Assembly (NCBI GenBank): GCA_028288965.1
Contig: JAQGHD010000019.1
Coordinates: forward strand, 25,202-89,201
From: Candidatus Saccharimonadota bacterium
Lineage (GTDB): Bacteria; Patescibacteriota; Saccharimonadia; Saccharimonadales; JAQGHD01
DNA: 64,000 nt
Direction: 5' to 3'
The notes under the pieces are model-generated. The model worked only from the letters and a program-made list of their open reading frames with translations. It searched no databases and was not told where the DNA came from. Of the stretch, positions 19,411 to 29,149 are shown piece after piece. Position 1 is the first letter of the stretch. Every line of letters starts with the position of its first letter. The position numbers were made by a program, and so were the translations under genes.

Positions 19411-20478
19411 TTGTGGGCAGTGAAGGCAATCTTGAGACAAGCGGGGGTATGGTGCGGACTTTTTGTGGTGCTGTGTTTGCTGTTGGCGACTACGCCGCAA
19501 GCGGCGGCTCAGTCCAGCGGCGAGCTGAACCTGACCACTTCACCGTTACCGATCAATCTGGAGGTCAAGCCCGGAAATACTATCAGCACCGATTTGAGAG
19601 TCCAAAACTCTGGCAACCAAACCGAAACGCTTAAAATAGACCTGCAAAAATTCAAAGCTTATGGCGAAGACGGCAAGCCGCAACTCATTGCTCGGGAGCC
19701 GGGTGATGATTATTTTGACTGGGCGCATTTTTCCCAGACTACGTTCACGGCGGAGCCAAATGTCTGGACGACGATTAAAATGACTATTGCGGTCCCAAAA
19801 ACGGCGGCGTTTGGCTACTACTATGCGGTGGTGTTTTCGCGCGCTCATAACACTGTGGCGTCGCAGCCGCGGGCTAACTCTATTGTTGGCGGCACGGCGA
19901 CCCTGGTGCTGCTCGATGCCCAGGTACCTGGTGCCAAGAAGCAAGTAGACGTTATGGCCTTTATCTCAGATAAAAAGCTGTATGAGTATCTGCCGGCGCA
20001 GTTCACGATTCGCTTGCGGAATGCCGGGGTCGTGCACGTGGCGCCCAGCGGCACTCTGTTCATCCTGCGCGGTAAAAAACAGGTGGATCTCATAAACATC
20101 AACCCCGAAAAAGGCAATATTTTGCCCGGTTCTAACAGAATTTTCCGCATTGGTTGGGATAACGGCTTTCCGCGCTACGTGGCTTCGTCCAGCAATGGCC
20201 AAGTCATAAAAGACAAAAACGGCCAAGACGTCCAAAATCTAAAATGGGATTTTTCCCAGGCCTCACACCTTAGGATCGGACGCTACACTGCCAAATTACT
20301 GCTGACGTACGATAACGGCAGCCGGGACGTACCCATCCAGGCCAGTGTTAGCTTTTGGGTGCTACCCTGGAAGCTGTTAGCTGGCTTCTTGGTTTTCCTG
20401 GGGCTGTGCGGAGCCGGTTTGTGGTTTATTGCCAGGTCTTTGCTGCGCAAACTTAAAGCACCAAAAAGTCCGCGATGA
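19411..20478 (+). CDS. Cell-surface protein, DUF916/DUF3324-like (CscA-like), C-terminal TM anchor + basic tail
   Basis: Signal peptide. LNLTTSPLPINLEVKPGNTISTDLRVQNSGNQTETLKIDL resembles the DUF916 N-terminal domain. C-terminal WKLLAGFLVFLGLCGAGLWFIARSLLRKLKAPKSPR is a TM helix plus basic tail, as in WxL-locus CscA proteins. Confidence 0.5.
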   Translation: MWAVKAILRQAGVWCGLFVVLCLLLATTPQAAAQSSGELNLTTSPLPINLEVKPGNTISTDLRVQNSGNQTETLKIDLQKFKAYGEDGKPQLIAREPGDDYFDWAHFSQTTFTAEPNVWTTIKMTIAVPKTAAFGYYYAVVFSRAHNTVASQPRANSIVGGTATLVLLDAQVPGAKKQVDVMAFISDKKLYEYLPAQFTIRLRNAGVVHVAPSGTLFILRGKKQVDLININPEKGNILPGSNRIFRIGWDNGFPRYVASSSNGQVIKDKNGQDVQNLKWDFSQASHLRIGRYTAKLLLTYDNGSRDVPIQASVSFWVLPWKLLAGFLVFLGLCGAGLWFIARSLLRKLKAPKSPR

Positions 20479-21434
20479 AACGGTTCGCCACCGCCCTAAC
20501 ACTTATATGCATGGGTCTGCTGTTGGGGCAGCCACAACCGACCCGGGCGGCCACCAAGCCTGGACTCACGCTCGAACCATACATCAAAGAATTAACGATT
20601 GGGGCAGACGATGCCAGCAGCGGTTTTGACCTGCATGTTACGAATAACTCCGGTCGAGATGGCAACTTTCAACTGACGGCGGTTGATTTTGGTAGCTTGA
20701 ACGACAGCGGCGGCCTGCTATTTGGCGGCGTGAACGAGAGTAAGTTGGTGAAAAAATATGGCTTGGCGAACTGGCTAACCTTGCCCAAACAGCCAGTAGC
20801 CATAAAACAAGGCGTAAGCACGGCGGTACGCGTAACGCTCACCAATGACCGTAACTTAACACCGGGCGGCCATTATGCGGGGGTGTTTATCACCCCAACG
20901 TTTGGCGCGGCTTCACCAAAGATCAACATTAACCAAACCGTTACGGCTCTGGTGCTGGCGGTCAAAAAAGGCGGCGATGTGCACGATTTGCGGCTGGTTC
21001 ATACCAGCGATGACCATAGTCTTTTTCGGGCTCCAGCGCGCGCGACGCTTAGTTTTCATAACCCAGGCAATGTTCACGTGGTTCCCAGAGGCATTGTCAT
21101 GCTTAAGCAGGGTGACACGGTAGTGGCCAAAGGTATTATCAATGAGCAGTCAGCTTTTGTGCTGCCCGAAGCACGTCGAAAATATGACGTCGCCCTTAAA
21201 CCCCAAAAGGGGGCCAAGCCCGGATGGCTAACCACAACCTATACCATGCAGGTTGATTACCGCTATGACGGCTATCAGTATTATGCCTCGTCCCACTATC
21301 AACTACGGGTATGGAATGCCGCGGCCTATGAAATCGGCGCAGTGGTGGTTCTGGGCTTTGGCGTGGTACTGTTACTGGCGTTCAGGCGAAAAAAATCTCG
21401 CCCCCGGCGGTTTAAACTTTTTCGGCACGAATGA
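20475..21434 (+). CDS. Cell-surface protein, second DUF916/DUF3324-like paralog with C-terminal TM anchor
   Basis: Signal peptide, similar domain order, C-terminal AVVVLGFGVVLLLAFRRKKSRPRRFKLFRHE; start overlaps the upstream stop (ATGA). Confidence 0.5.
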   Translation: MKRFATALTLICMGLLLGQPQPTRAATKPGLTLEPYIKELTIGADDASSGFDLHVTNNSGRDGNFQLTAVDFGSLNDSGGLLFGGVNESKLVKKYGLANWLTLPKQPVAIKQGVSTAVRVTLTNDRNLTPGGHYAGVFITPTFGAASPKININQTVTALVLAVKKGGDVHDLRLVHTSDDHSLFRAPARATLSFHNPGNVHVVPRGIVMLKQGDTVVAKGIINEQSAFVLPEARRKYDVALKPQKGAKPGWLTTTYTMQVDYRYDGYQYYASSHYQLRVWNAAAYEIGAVVVLGFGVVLLLAFRRKKSRPRRFKLFRHE

Positions 21435-22044
21435 GGTCAATCAAAGCTTTTTCGGATTCGATGATAACGGTTTGACGGCGCACTGAAATAATGCCTTTTT
21501 GCTCTAGCTCACGCATAAATCGGTTAACGGTCTCGCGGGTGGTGCTGATTGATTCGGCTATTTCGCCGTGCGTCATGGGTACATCAATAATAATGCGGCC
21601 GCCAGATTTGACACCAAGCCGCATACCAAAGTAATACAGCCGCTCCAGCAAGCGCTGCATGGTTTGGGTGCTCAGCAAGCTATCTATCTGATCACCCTGG
21701 ACGGACATCATATTGGTTAGGGTGTTGAACATTTCGGTACCATATTTGCCAGAGCGTATGGCTTGGTCAAACTTTTGGCGCGATATAGTAACAACGCTCA
21801 AGGTTTTGAGAACTTTGTAATGGAGTGTCCGGCCAGAGTATAAGCTGTTTTTCTGAGGTGTTCTTACCGGAAATATTTCACCACTGAGTCGAATAAGAAG
21901 CAATCTGTTAGTCTTTTTTTGACGGGGGAAGTGACTGTATACCGCCAGCACACCCGAGCGAATGAAGTGAACATCACTGCCGAGGGGTACAGCATCGCCT
22001 TTGGCATATACCGCAACCTTACCACCTTTAAACATCTCTTCCAT
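21412..22044 (-). CDS. Crp/Fnr family transcriptional regulator
   Basis: N-terminal cNMP-binding-like region and C-terminal HTH (THGEIAESISTTRETVNRFMRELEQKGII) typical of Crp/Fnr. Confidence 0.75.
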   Translation of the reverse strand: MEEMFKGGKVAVYAKGDAVPLGSDVHFIRSGVLAVYSHFPRQKKTNRLLLIRLSGEIFPVRTPQKNSLYSGRTLHYKVLKTLSVVTISRQKFDQAIRSGKYGTEMFNTLTNMMSVQGDQIDSLLSTQTMQRLLERLYYFGMRLGVKSGGRIIIDVPMTHGEIAESISTTRETVNRFMRELEQKGIISVRRQTVIIESEKALIDLIRAEKV

Positions 22045-22120
22045 ATGCTAACCTAAGATACCTTATTTATTTGCAACTTTCCAATCTATGTTGCTGTTAA
22101 TTAGGTCTTTTATACTGTGT

Positions 22121-22136
22121 TGTGATATTTGTCATA
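22121..22136. promoter_or_regulatory. Candidate Crp-family operator (TGTGATATTTGTCATA) in the divergent crp / giant-gene intergenic region
   Basis: Matches the TGTGA-N6-TCACA consensus in 9 of 10 half-site positions. A perfect 10-bp palindrome TTGATATCAA lies at 22162-22171. Confidence 0.35.
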
Positions 22137-22193
22137 TACGTGCGTATTTGTTATGCTTACTTTGATATCAAATAGGGATAATAAACACGAGCT

Positions 22194-25100
22194 ATGAGCT
22201 CAAATCGCAAAGTGTTTTTGGTCACATGGCGTGGGCTGCTGGTGATACTACTCGGTACAGTCGGCTGGTTCGTGGCGACCACCGCTCGCGCCCAGGCTGC
22301 CGGCCCGGCCCTCATTAATTTCCAGGGCAAGGTAGTGAACGCTGACGGCACCAATGTAGCCAACGGCAGTTATAACTTTGATTTTGTATTGTTTGATGAC
22401 TCAAGCCTAGGAACACCCAGTGACGGTGTGCATGATAAATGGCATGAACTAACCAAGAGCACCACCGTTACCAACGGTGTTTTTCAGACCAACTTAGGTT
22501 CTGCCACGGCTTTGCCGGACTTTAACGCCAATCCTACGCTGTACCTGGCGGTTAAATTTAACGGTGATGCCGCCGGCTATATGACGCCGCGGGTGCGCAT
22601 AACGTCATCACCGTATGCGCTGAATGCCGATAACCTGAATGGCTTGACCAGCGCGGCCTTTGGACAGCTATCTACCGCCAACGCCTGGACTAATACCACC
22701 TCCATAACTACTACCTCAACTACAGCCTTTCAGGTCAAAAACAGTTCAGGCCAGATCCTCACCGTAGATACCTCTGGCAACCAAGTCATCTTGGGCAAAG
22801 CTGGCGGCAGTGGCATCACCGGGCTGCTGGCCTGGCAAAACTCAACCAACGCCAACACAGTCGGGCTGACCAGTGGCACCACCAGTTCCTCGTATGTTTT
22901 GACGCTGCCCACAGCCCTGCCAGGAACCACTCAGTGTATTGCCAGTAGTAACACCGGCGCGCTGAGCTTCACTGGTTGTTCAGGCGGCAGCAGCACGTTT
23001 GCTACCACCTATAGCGGCGGGGCCAGCCAAACTGACAGCACAGTGACTCTGGATAGCACGCGGCTGGGACTAATCATCAAAGACAACGCTACTCCAGTAA
23101 CGGGCAGTGCCTTTCAGGTCCAAAACTCGGCCGGGCAGCAAGCCTTTGCCGTCAACACCTCCGGCACTAACAGCAACAACCTGATTGGCAACGCTAGTGT
23201 CGAATTGGCTATTGCCGTAGCCGCTGGGAACTGGAAACTAAAAGGTAGCGCGGCCGTCAGCCAAAGCAGCTTGCAAGCCTACCTGGGCACCAACTCACTC
23301 AAAGTTATCTCTACCGCCGCCACCAACGATGGCGCTCAGCAGCAACTGGCCTCGACGCTGAGCGTCAGTTCCCGCTACATTGCCTCGTTCTATGCCAAAC
23401 TCGATGCGGCCTCCAACTTCACGACCACCAATGGTATGAGTACCCTGACGGCTGGTTATTCATCCACCGGTGCTTCCGATGACACGCCGTGCACGCTCAA
23501 TACCTCAACCGTCAACAGCAGTGGCTGGACCAAGATCACTTGTAGCTTTACCACCCCGGCTTCAACCAGTAGCTCCAACTATTTTTATATCAAGCAAACT
23601 GATGCCAAAATCTACACCTACTACATTGATGCGGTGTTGCTGCAGACCGAAGCCAATGCCCAGAATAATTACCGTGAGGGCCAAGTATCGGTCCAAAGCG
23701 TGATAGTCAGCCCGCTGATTTTGCAAAACAGTTCTAATTCGTCGAACGGTTTGCTGGTACAAAACGCCTTGGGTACCAACATATTTGGGGTGGATACCAC
23801 TGACAGTAACCTGATCACCAATCCGGGGTTTGAACTAAACACCACCGGGTGGACTAGCGTCGCTGGTGGCGGCACCTCCACGATCACGAGGGATACCAGT
23901 CAGTCGTGGTTGGGCAATGCCTCCATGGGCATCACAACGGCCAGCGGCACCAATGCCGGCGCCAAATACGTGACCGGCAATGTCCAACCTACCCAATTGG
24001 CGGTGTCTTCTAGCTATACGTTGTCTTGGTATGCCAAGCTTTCGGCCAGTACCTTTACCGATATGCGGGCGGTGTATGCGCGCGATGGTTCCACGGAAAC
24101 GGCTTGCCTATCGAGCTTAACGGTGGTGACCGCTGGCTGGACGCGTTATAGCTGTACGGTCGCAACCGATGGTACGCTGCCGGCTTCTACGGCTTACCTA
24201 GCCATTGAGCAGGTAGGCAGTGCCAGCCGTACCTTTTGGCTGGACGGCGTGCAATTGGAGCCTGGTACCGTAGCCACCCCATATGGTGCCGGTGGCTTTA
24301 GCTTTAACGGCACAGTCAACTCGCCCCTATTTATTAAAAACGTGGCCAACTCTACCACGGCTTTTCAGGTGGCGAATGCTTCTGGCGTAGCCCTGATGAC
24401 CGTTGATACCTTAAACAGCAGCCTGAACCTGGGTTCGGGTTCTGGCCTAACCGGTAAATTGAGCCTCAGCAATGCTACCAATAACAATACCGCAAGCATT
24501 CAATCTGGTGTTACCTCTGGCTCATACACCTGGACGCTGCCCGCAGCTGATGCGGCTGGTTGTTTGCAGTCCAACGGCTCAGGAACCCTTTCTATTTCAG
24601 CTTGCGGCGACACTCACAAAGACGTCGTGAGCTCTACCAGTACCTGGACCAAACCCACCAACGCTTTAATGATCATGGTTGAAGCCTGGGGTAGCGGCGG
24701 GGGCGGGGGCGGTGGTGCTGGGAACTCGACGGCAGCCGCCCGAACTGGCGGCGGTGGTGCCGGTGGCGGGGCGTATAACTCCGTGACCATGGCGGCATCA
24801 GACGTGGGGGCCACCGTGCCTATTACTGTCGGTGTTGGCGGTACGGCCGGTACGGCTGGGGCCACGGCCGTCGGTGGTAATGGCGGTGCTGGTAACACCA
24901 GTTGTTTTAGTACAACCACGGCCTGTGCTGGCACAGTGTATCTCAGATCCTTTGGCGGCGGCGGTGGCTCTGGTGCCGGGGCGGCTGGTAATGGCGGTGG
25001 TGGCGGTGGTGGTTCTCAGCAGGTTGGCTTCAGCTCAGCTGGTTCAACCGGCGGTGGCGGCGGTGGCGGTCCAAGCGGTGGTGGTGTGGGTGCCAATGCC

Positions 25101-26768
25101 GCAGGTTGGGGCGGCGCCGGCGGCCAAACAGCCATAGCTAACCCTTCGGCAGCTGGCGGCGGCGTGGGTGTCTTTGGCGGTGGCGCCGGCGGTGCTTCAT
25201 CAATTGATGGTACGGCGGCCTCTGGCCAAGGCGGCGGCAGTATGAAAGGCGGCGCAGCCGGTGGCGCCGGCGGTAGTTGTGCCATTACCACCTGTACGAC
25301 CCGAGCCGGTGGCGCCGGGGGGAATACATCTTCTGTTACTTTTGGCGGTGCGGCTAACGGCGGCAGTGGTGCCGGCGTAGCTGGCACGGCCGGAACAGCT
25401 GGGGTAGGCTCAGGGGGTTACGGTGGCGGCGGCGGTGCCAGTAACAACGCTGGTGCGGGCGGCGCTGGCGCCGTAGGTGGCGTAGAAGGTGGCGGCGGTG
25501 GCGGCGGTGGCGCTGGTGAAACAACCACTGGTGGCATTGGCGGTATCGGTGGAGCTGGTGAAGTCCGCATTTGGACACTCCGCGGTACGGGTGCCGACTT
25601 AGCCGAAATCTACTGCAGTAACGATACCAGCCTGGCTCCCGGTAATACGGTGGCCATAGATCCGAGCCTGCAGGCCGGGGTCCGCAAAACCACCAAAGCG
25701 TATGATTCAACCGCCCTGGGCACTATCTCTACCAGCCCAGGTTTAGTGACCGGAGCTACCGAAGAAACCTGTGCCAAACCGGTGTTGGTGGCCTTGGCCG
25801 GACGGGTGCCGGTAAAAGTCAATGCCCAGAACGGTCCCATTAAAGCCGGTGATTTATTAACCGCTTCATCTACACCAGGCGAAGCCATGAAAGCCACTAA
25901 GGCCGGTACCATTATTGGCCAGGCTATTACTACCTATGACAGCAGTATGCCGGACGGCTATGTGGTAGCCTTTGTTAAAAGCAGTCAAACCGTTGGCAGC
26001 GGCTTGTTCGATGCCATTCCGGGCCTCACGCCGCCCAGCGATCAAGCCGCGCAAGTGCTTTCATTGCAGCAGCAAGCCCTCGATTACCTTGTCCATCACC
26101 AGCAAGATTTGTCCAAGCAAGCTAACCTATCGGAAATTGTCACCGACCGTGTCAGCGCCGGACTGGAAATCATTACGCCATCGATCCTGGCTGGAAATGT
26201 ATCGGCCAATAGCATTAGTTCGGCCATTGGCAGCGACATAAACCTCGTGCCCGGCAAAGACGGAAAAGTAGTATTAAAAGATCAATCCGGCCAAGTAAAA
26301 ATGAGTTTTGATAGTAGCGGCAGCGCCTCCTTTGCTCTGGACTTAAGTGTGGGTGGACTGCTCAAAGTTGGCGGCGGAATTCAGGTTAGTGGCTTAGCCA
26401 CTTTTGGAGGAACCGTTGAATTTCAGCAACTGGCCAAGTTCCTCGGGGGCGTCGAATTTAATAGCGACGTTAGTTTCCTGGGCCGGCCAATCTTTAATGA
26501 CGACAGCGGCGGCTTTGCGGTGGTTGGTACTGGTCAAACCACCCAAGTCGTGACGTTTGCTAAGCCGTACACGGACCTGCCGGTGGTGAATCTTAGCATC
26601 AGCGATGGCCAGTTTGCCCTGTATGCCTATAGTTACTTGAAGGATAGTGATCAAAAAATTACCGGCTTCACCATTACCCTCCAACAAGCGGCCGCCAGTG
26701 ATATTCGGTTTGCCTGGTCGGCTATAGCTGTTAAAAATGCAAAAACGGTGACTAGCGCTGGCCCGTAG
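22194..26768 (+). CDS. Giant (1524 aa) secreted surface protein with CBM4_9-like carbohydrate-binding modules and a ~280-aa Gly-rich low-complexity region
   Basis: N-terminal TM/signal segment; two regions with NPGFELNTTGW...W.G-type motifs (CBM_4_9-like); a Gly/Ala run from about aa 830 to 1110; conserved-looking C-terminal domain. Confidence 0.7.
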   Translation: MSSNRKVFLVTWRGLLVILLGTVGWFVATTARAQAAGPALINFQGKVVNADGTNVANGSYNFDFVLFDDSSLGTPSDGVHDKWHELTKSTTVTNGVFQTNLGSATALPDFNANPTLYLAVKFNGDAAGYMTPRVRITSSPYALNADNLNGLTSAAFGQLSTANAWTNTTSITTTSTTAFQVKNSSGQILTVDTSGNQVILGKAGGSGITGLLAWQNSTNANTVGLTSGTTSSSYVLTLPTALPGTTQCIASSNTGALSFTGCSGGSSTFATTYSGGASQTDSTVTLDSTRLGLIIKDNATPVTGSAFQVQNSAGQQAFAVNTSGTNSNNLIGNASVELAIAVAAGNWKLKGSAAVSQSSLQAYLGTNSLKVISTAATNDGAQQQLASTLSVSSRYIASFYAKLDAASNFTTTNGMSTLTAGYSSTGASDDTPCTLNTSTVNSSGWTKITCSFTTPASTSSSNYFYIKQTDAKIYTYYIDAVLLQTEANAQNNYREGQVSVQSVIVSPLILQNSSNSSNGLLVQNALGTNIFGVDTTDSNLITNPGFELNTTGWTSVAGGGTSTITRDTSQSWLGNASMGITTASGTNAGAKYVTGNVQPTQLAVSSSYTLSWYAKLSASTFTDMRAVYARDGSTETACLSSLTVVTAGWTRYSCTVATDGTLPASTAYLAIEQVGSASRTFWLDGVQLEPGTVATPYGAGGFSFNGTVNSPLFIKNVANSTTAFQVANASGVALMTVDTLNSSLNLGSGSGLTGKLSLSNATNNNTASIQSGVTSGSYTWTLPAADAAGCLQSNGSGTLSISACGDTHKDVVSSTSTWTKPTNALMIMVEAWGSGGGGGGGAGNSTAAARTGGGGAGGGAYNSVTMAASDVGATVPITVGVGGTAGTAGATAVGGNGGAGNTSCFSTTTACAGTVYLRSFGGGGGSGAGAAGNGGGGGGGSQQVGFSSAGSTGGGGGGGPSGGGVGANAAGWGGAGGQTAIANPSAAGGGVGVFGGGAGGASSIDGTAASGQGGGSMKGGAAGGAGGSCAITTCTTRAGGAGGNTSSVTFGGAANGGSGAGVAGTAGTAGVGSGGYGGGGGASNNAGAGGAGAVGGVEGGGGGGGGAGETTTGGIGGIGGAGEVRIWTLRGTGADLAEIYCSNDTSLAPGNTVAIDPSLQAGVRKTTKAYDSTALGTISTSPGLVTGATEETCAKPVLVALAGRVPVKVNAQNGPIKAGDLLTASSTPGEAMKATKAGTIIGQAITTYDSSMPDGYVVAFVKSSQTVGSGLFDAIPGLTPPSDQAAQVLSLQQQALDYLVHHQQDLSKQANLSEIVTDRVSAGLEIITPSILAGNVSANSISSAIGSDINLVPGKDGKVVLKDQSGQVKMSFDSSGSASFALDLSVGGLLKVGGGIQVSGLATFGGTVEFQQLAKFLGGVEFNSDVSFLGRPIFNDDSGGFAVVGTGQTTQVVTFAKPYTDLPVVNLSISDGQFALYAYSYLKDSDQKITGFTITLQQAAASDIRFAWSAIAVKNAKTVTSAGP
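24690..25560. repeat. Low-complexity GGC/GGT-rich coding repeat (Gly-rich region of the giant protein)
   Basis: Tandem GGCGGTGGTGGC-type units visible directly in the sequence. Confidence 0.7.
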
Positions 26769-26824
26769 GGCGTTTGCACACACAGATGTGATTAAGCTAC
26801 ACTAATACTAGTCAGTGAGGGAAC

Positions 26825-27295
26825 ATGGACGAATCAGACGGTCACACAAAAACGGCCAAGCTCAAAAATCATAACCATTTAAGCACCAAAATTCTATCCG
26901 TGCTGGTAGCGTTATTGCTGGTGAGCACCGTTGTTTTAAGCTGGCGTTATAACCAGGCGCGTCATGAAGTCAAAAATCTTAAGAACCCCCAAAATTCGGT
27001 CAAACAAGAAGCCGATGCTTTGAAGGCCAAAGTTGGTCAACTAGTTGATCTGCCGGCCGAGGAACCAACTATTGCCGCCGTCAGTGATGTCACCAAATTG
27101 CAGGGCCAAGCCTTTTTTGCCAAAGCCCAAAACGGAGATAAAGTTTTGATTTTTCCCAATGCTGCCCGAGCCGTGTTGTACCGGCCGAGCACCAATAAAG
27201 TTATTGAATACGCCCCGGTCAACCTCGGGACCAGCGCCACTGCCGGCACCACCCCAAGCACGCCAATCCCCACTCCCACTGTCAAAAAGAAATAG
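26825..27295 (+). CDS. Membrane-anchored protein (single N-terminal TM)
   Basis: 156 aa, TM helix ILSVLVALLLVSTVVL, T/P-rich C-terminus. Confidence 0.4.
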   Translation: MDESDGHTKTAKLKNHNHLSTKILSVLVALLLVSTVVLSWRYNQARHEVKNLKNPQNSVKQEADALKAKVGQLVDLPAEEPTIAAVSDVTKLQGQAFFAKAQNGDKVLIFPNAARAVLYRPSTNKVIEYAPVNLGTSATAGTTPSTPIPTPTVKKK

Positions 27296-27362
27296 TAGCC
27301 ATAGCTTACAGTTTCTAAAACGCTAAAGCTATAAAGTAGTGGGCATGGTTTGCTATAATCGA

Positions 27363-28499
27363 TTTGAGGAGTACCCAGCGCTCATGAAAGCCAGTTTGCA
27401 AGACTCGTTACAGCGTTTACTAAACTCGGCAGATATCCGGCTGAATGGTAGCCGGCCGTGGGATGTGCAGGTGCATAACTCGGGGCTGTACAAGCGGGCC
27501 ATAGCCGGCGGCAGTTTGGGCGTAGGTGAAGCCTACATGGACGGCTGGTGGGATTGCCGCCGGCTGGACGACATGCTGACCCGAGTTTTTATGGCTCAGA
27601 TCGATCATAAACTGGTCGGCAATTTGCGCATCTTGCTCAAGATGGCCAGCACAAAAATCATTAATCCGCAGACGCTCAGGCGGGCCTTTGTGGTTGGTCA
27701 GCGACATTACGACCTGGGTAATGATCTGTACGAGGCCATGCTGGATTCGCGGCTGACCTACAGTTGCGGCTACTGGAAAACGGCCAAGGATCTGGACCAA
27801 GCTCAAACCGCCAAGCTTGATTTAATTTGCCGAAAGCTTGATTTAAAACCAGGCATGGCCTTACTGGACATTGGTTGTGGCTGGGGCAGTTTGATGGCTT
27901 ATGCGGCAGAAAAATATAAGGTTAAAGCCACCGGTGTAACGGTATCAAGCCAGCAAGCAGATTACATTAAAAAACGTTATAAACATTTGCCAATCTCTGT
28001 TCGCTTGGCCGATTACCGCACGCTGAGCGGCCAGTTTGATCGGATAGCCAGTGTGGGCATGTTTGAACACGTGGGAGCCAAAAACTATCAGACATTTATG
28101 AAGGTAGCCGAGCGTTGCCTAAAAGATGATGGATTATTTTTACTCCACACCATCGGCAGCAGTACTCCTCATTTTGGCACGGACCCTTGGATAGATAAGT
28201 ATATTTTCCCCAACAGTTTAATCCCAGCTGCTTCTATGATTACCAAAGCCTATGAAGGCAAGTTTGTTATGGAAGATTGGCAAAATTTTGGACCGGACTA
28301 TGATAAAACACTGCAAGCTTGGCACAAAAATTTTAATAAAGCTTGGCCGCAATTAAAAGGTATGTACGATGAACGCTTTCGGCGCATGTGGAATTTTTAT
28401 CTTATGGCGTCAATGGCGCAATTTCGAACTCGCAAGTTGCAGCTCTGGCAAATTGTGCTATCCAAAGATCAGCCGCAGCGCTACGACGCCCCGCGTTAG
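27363..28499 (+). CDS. cfa: Cyclopropane-fatty-acyl-phospholipid synthase
   Basis: GSLGVGEAYMDGWWDC, HYDLGNDLYEAMLD, SAM-binding LDIGCGWGSL and FDRIASVGMFEHVG are CFA synthase hallmarks. An alternative upstream start lies at 27339. Confidence 0.85.
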   Translation, partial: FEEYPALMKASLQDSLQRLLNSADIRLNGSRPWDVQVHNSGLYKRAIAGGSLGVGEAYMDGWWDCRRLDDMLTRVFMAQIDHKLVGNLRILLKMASTKIINPQTLRRAFVVGQRHYDLGNDLYEAMLDSRLTYSCGYWKTAKDLDQAQTAKLDLICRKLDLKPGMALLDIGCGWGSLMAYAAEKYKVKATGVTVSSQQADYIKKRYKHLPISVRLADYRTLSGQFDRIASVGMFEHVGAKNYQTFMKVAERCLKDDGLFLLHTIGSSTPHFGTDPWIDKYIFPNSLIPAASMITKAYEGKFVMEDWQNFGPDYDKTLQAWHKNFNKAWPQLKGMYDERFRRMWNFYLMASMAQFRTRKLQLWQIVLSKDQPQRYDAPR

Positions 28500-28581
28500 A
28501 TCTTTATTGCACTAGCACGAATGCTGGCAGGCTTTCAGGCATGAGCACTTTATTCGGAACACTTTTTGCTATTATGCAGGT

Positions 28582-29085
28582 ATGGCAGTTCTTGTAATAC
28601 GACACGGATTATCTGAAGCAAACAATCGAAATAATGTTGGTATGCTAGCTTTTGCTAGCAAAGATGCGCCACTCATGGAGCAGGGTAGGCAACAAGCTCG
28701 AGAACTGACTGCAATACTCCGAATCGAACATGACATTGACACGGCCAAAACCCCAGTGGCTACTTCAGAATTACTCCGAACCCAGCAGACCGCAGAGGAA
28801 GCTGGCTTTACAAATATTTCTATTTATCCGGTGCTTAATGAAGTGGCTCACGGGATTGCCTTGCCGGGTTTGCGAGAGATGCTTGATCAGAAAAAATTGC
28901 CTGATGTTGCTCTCCAGGCAGCCCATGCAATTTTAGAAAATCCGCCGGCAGAAGATATCTGGGTTACCCATGGCTTAGTCATAGCTAGCTTGTGCCAGGT
29001 ATTGGACGTTGCTAGAGAGGATCGTTTTATCCCCAGGTTTTGTGAGAGACGAGAGCTTCCAATTGACTTGCCGGCTGCAGCATAA
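28582..29085 (+). CDS. Histidine phosphatase family protein (phosphoglycerate-mutase-like)
   Basis: VIRHGLSEAN is the RHGxSxxN catalytic motif of branch-1 histidine phosphatases. Confidence 0.65.
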   Translation: MAVLVIRHGLSEANNRNNVGMLAFASKDAPLMEQGRQQARELTAILRIEHDIDTAKTPVATSELLRTQQTAEEAGFTNISIYPVLNEVAHGIALPGLREMLDQKKLPDVALQAAHAILENPPAEDIWVTHGLVIASLCQVLDVAREDRFIPRFCERRELPIDLPAAA

Positions 29086-29149
29086 ATTGTGTCCCTAACA
29101 CTCCAAGCAAAAGACTCCTCAAGTATAAGGAGCCTTTTGGTTAGGGTGT

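Noticed and set aside
24614-25710. Antisense ORFs 24614..24934(-), 25016..25387(-), 25354..25710(-) and the out-of-frame sense ORF 24832..25137(+) across the Gly-rich region
   Set aside because: They are products of the GGC/GGT repeat composition (poly-Pro/Ala/Arg translations) and are nested in the giant gene.
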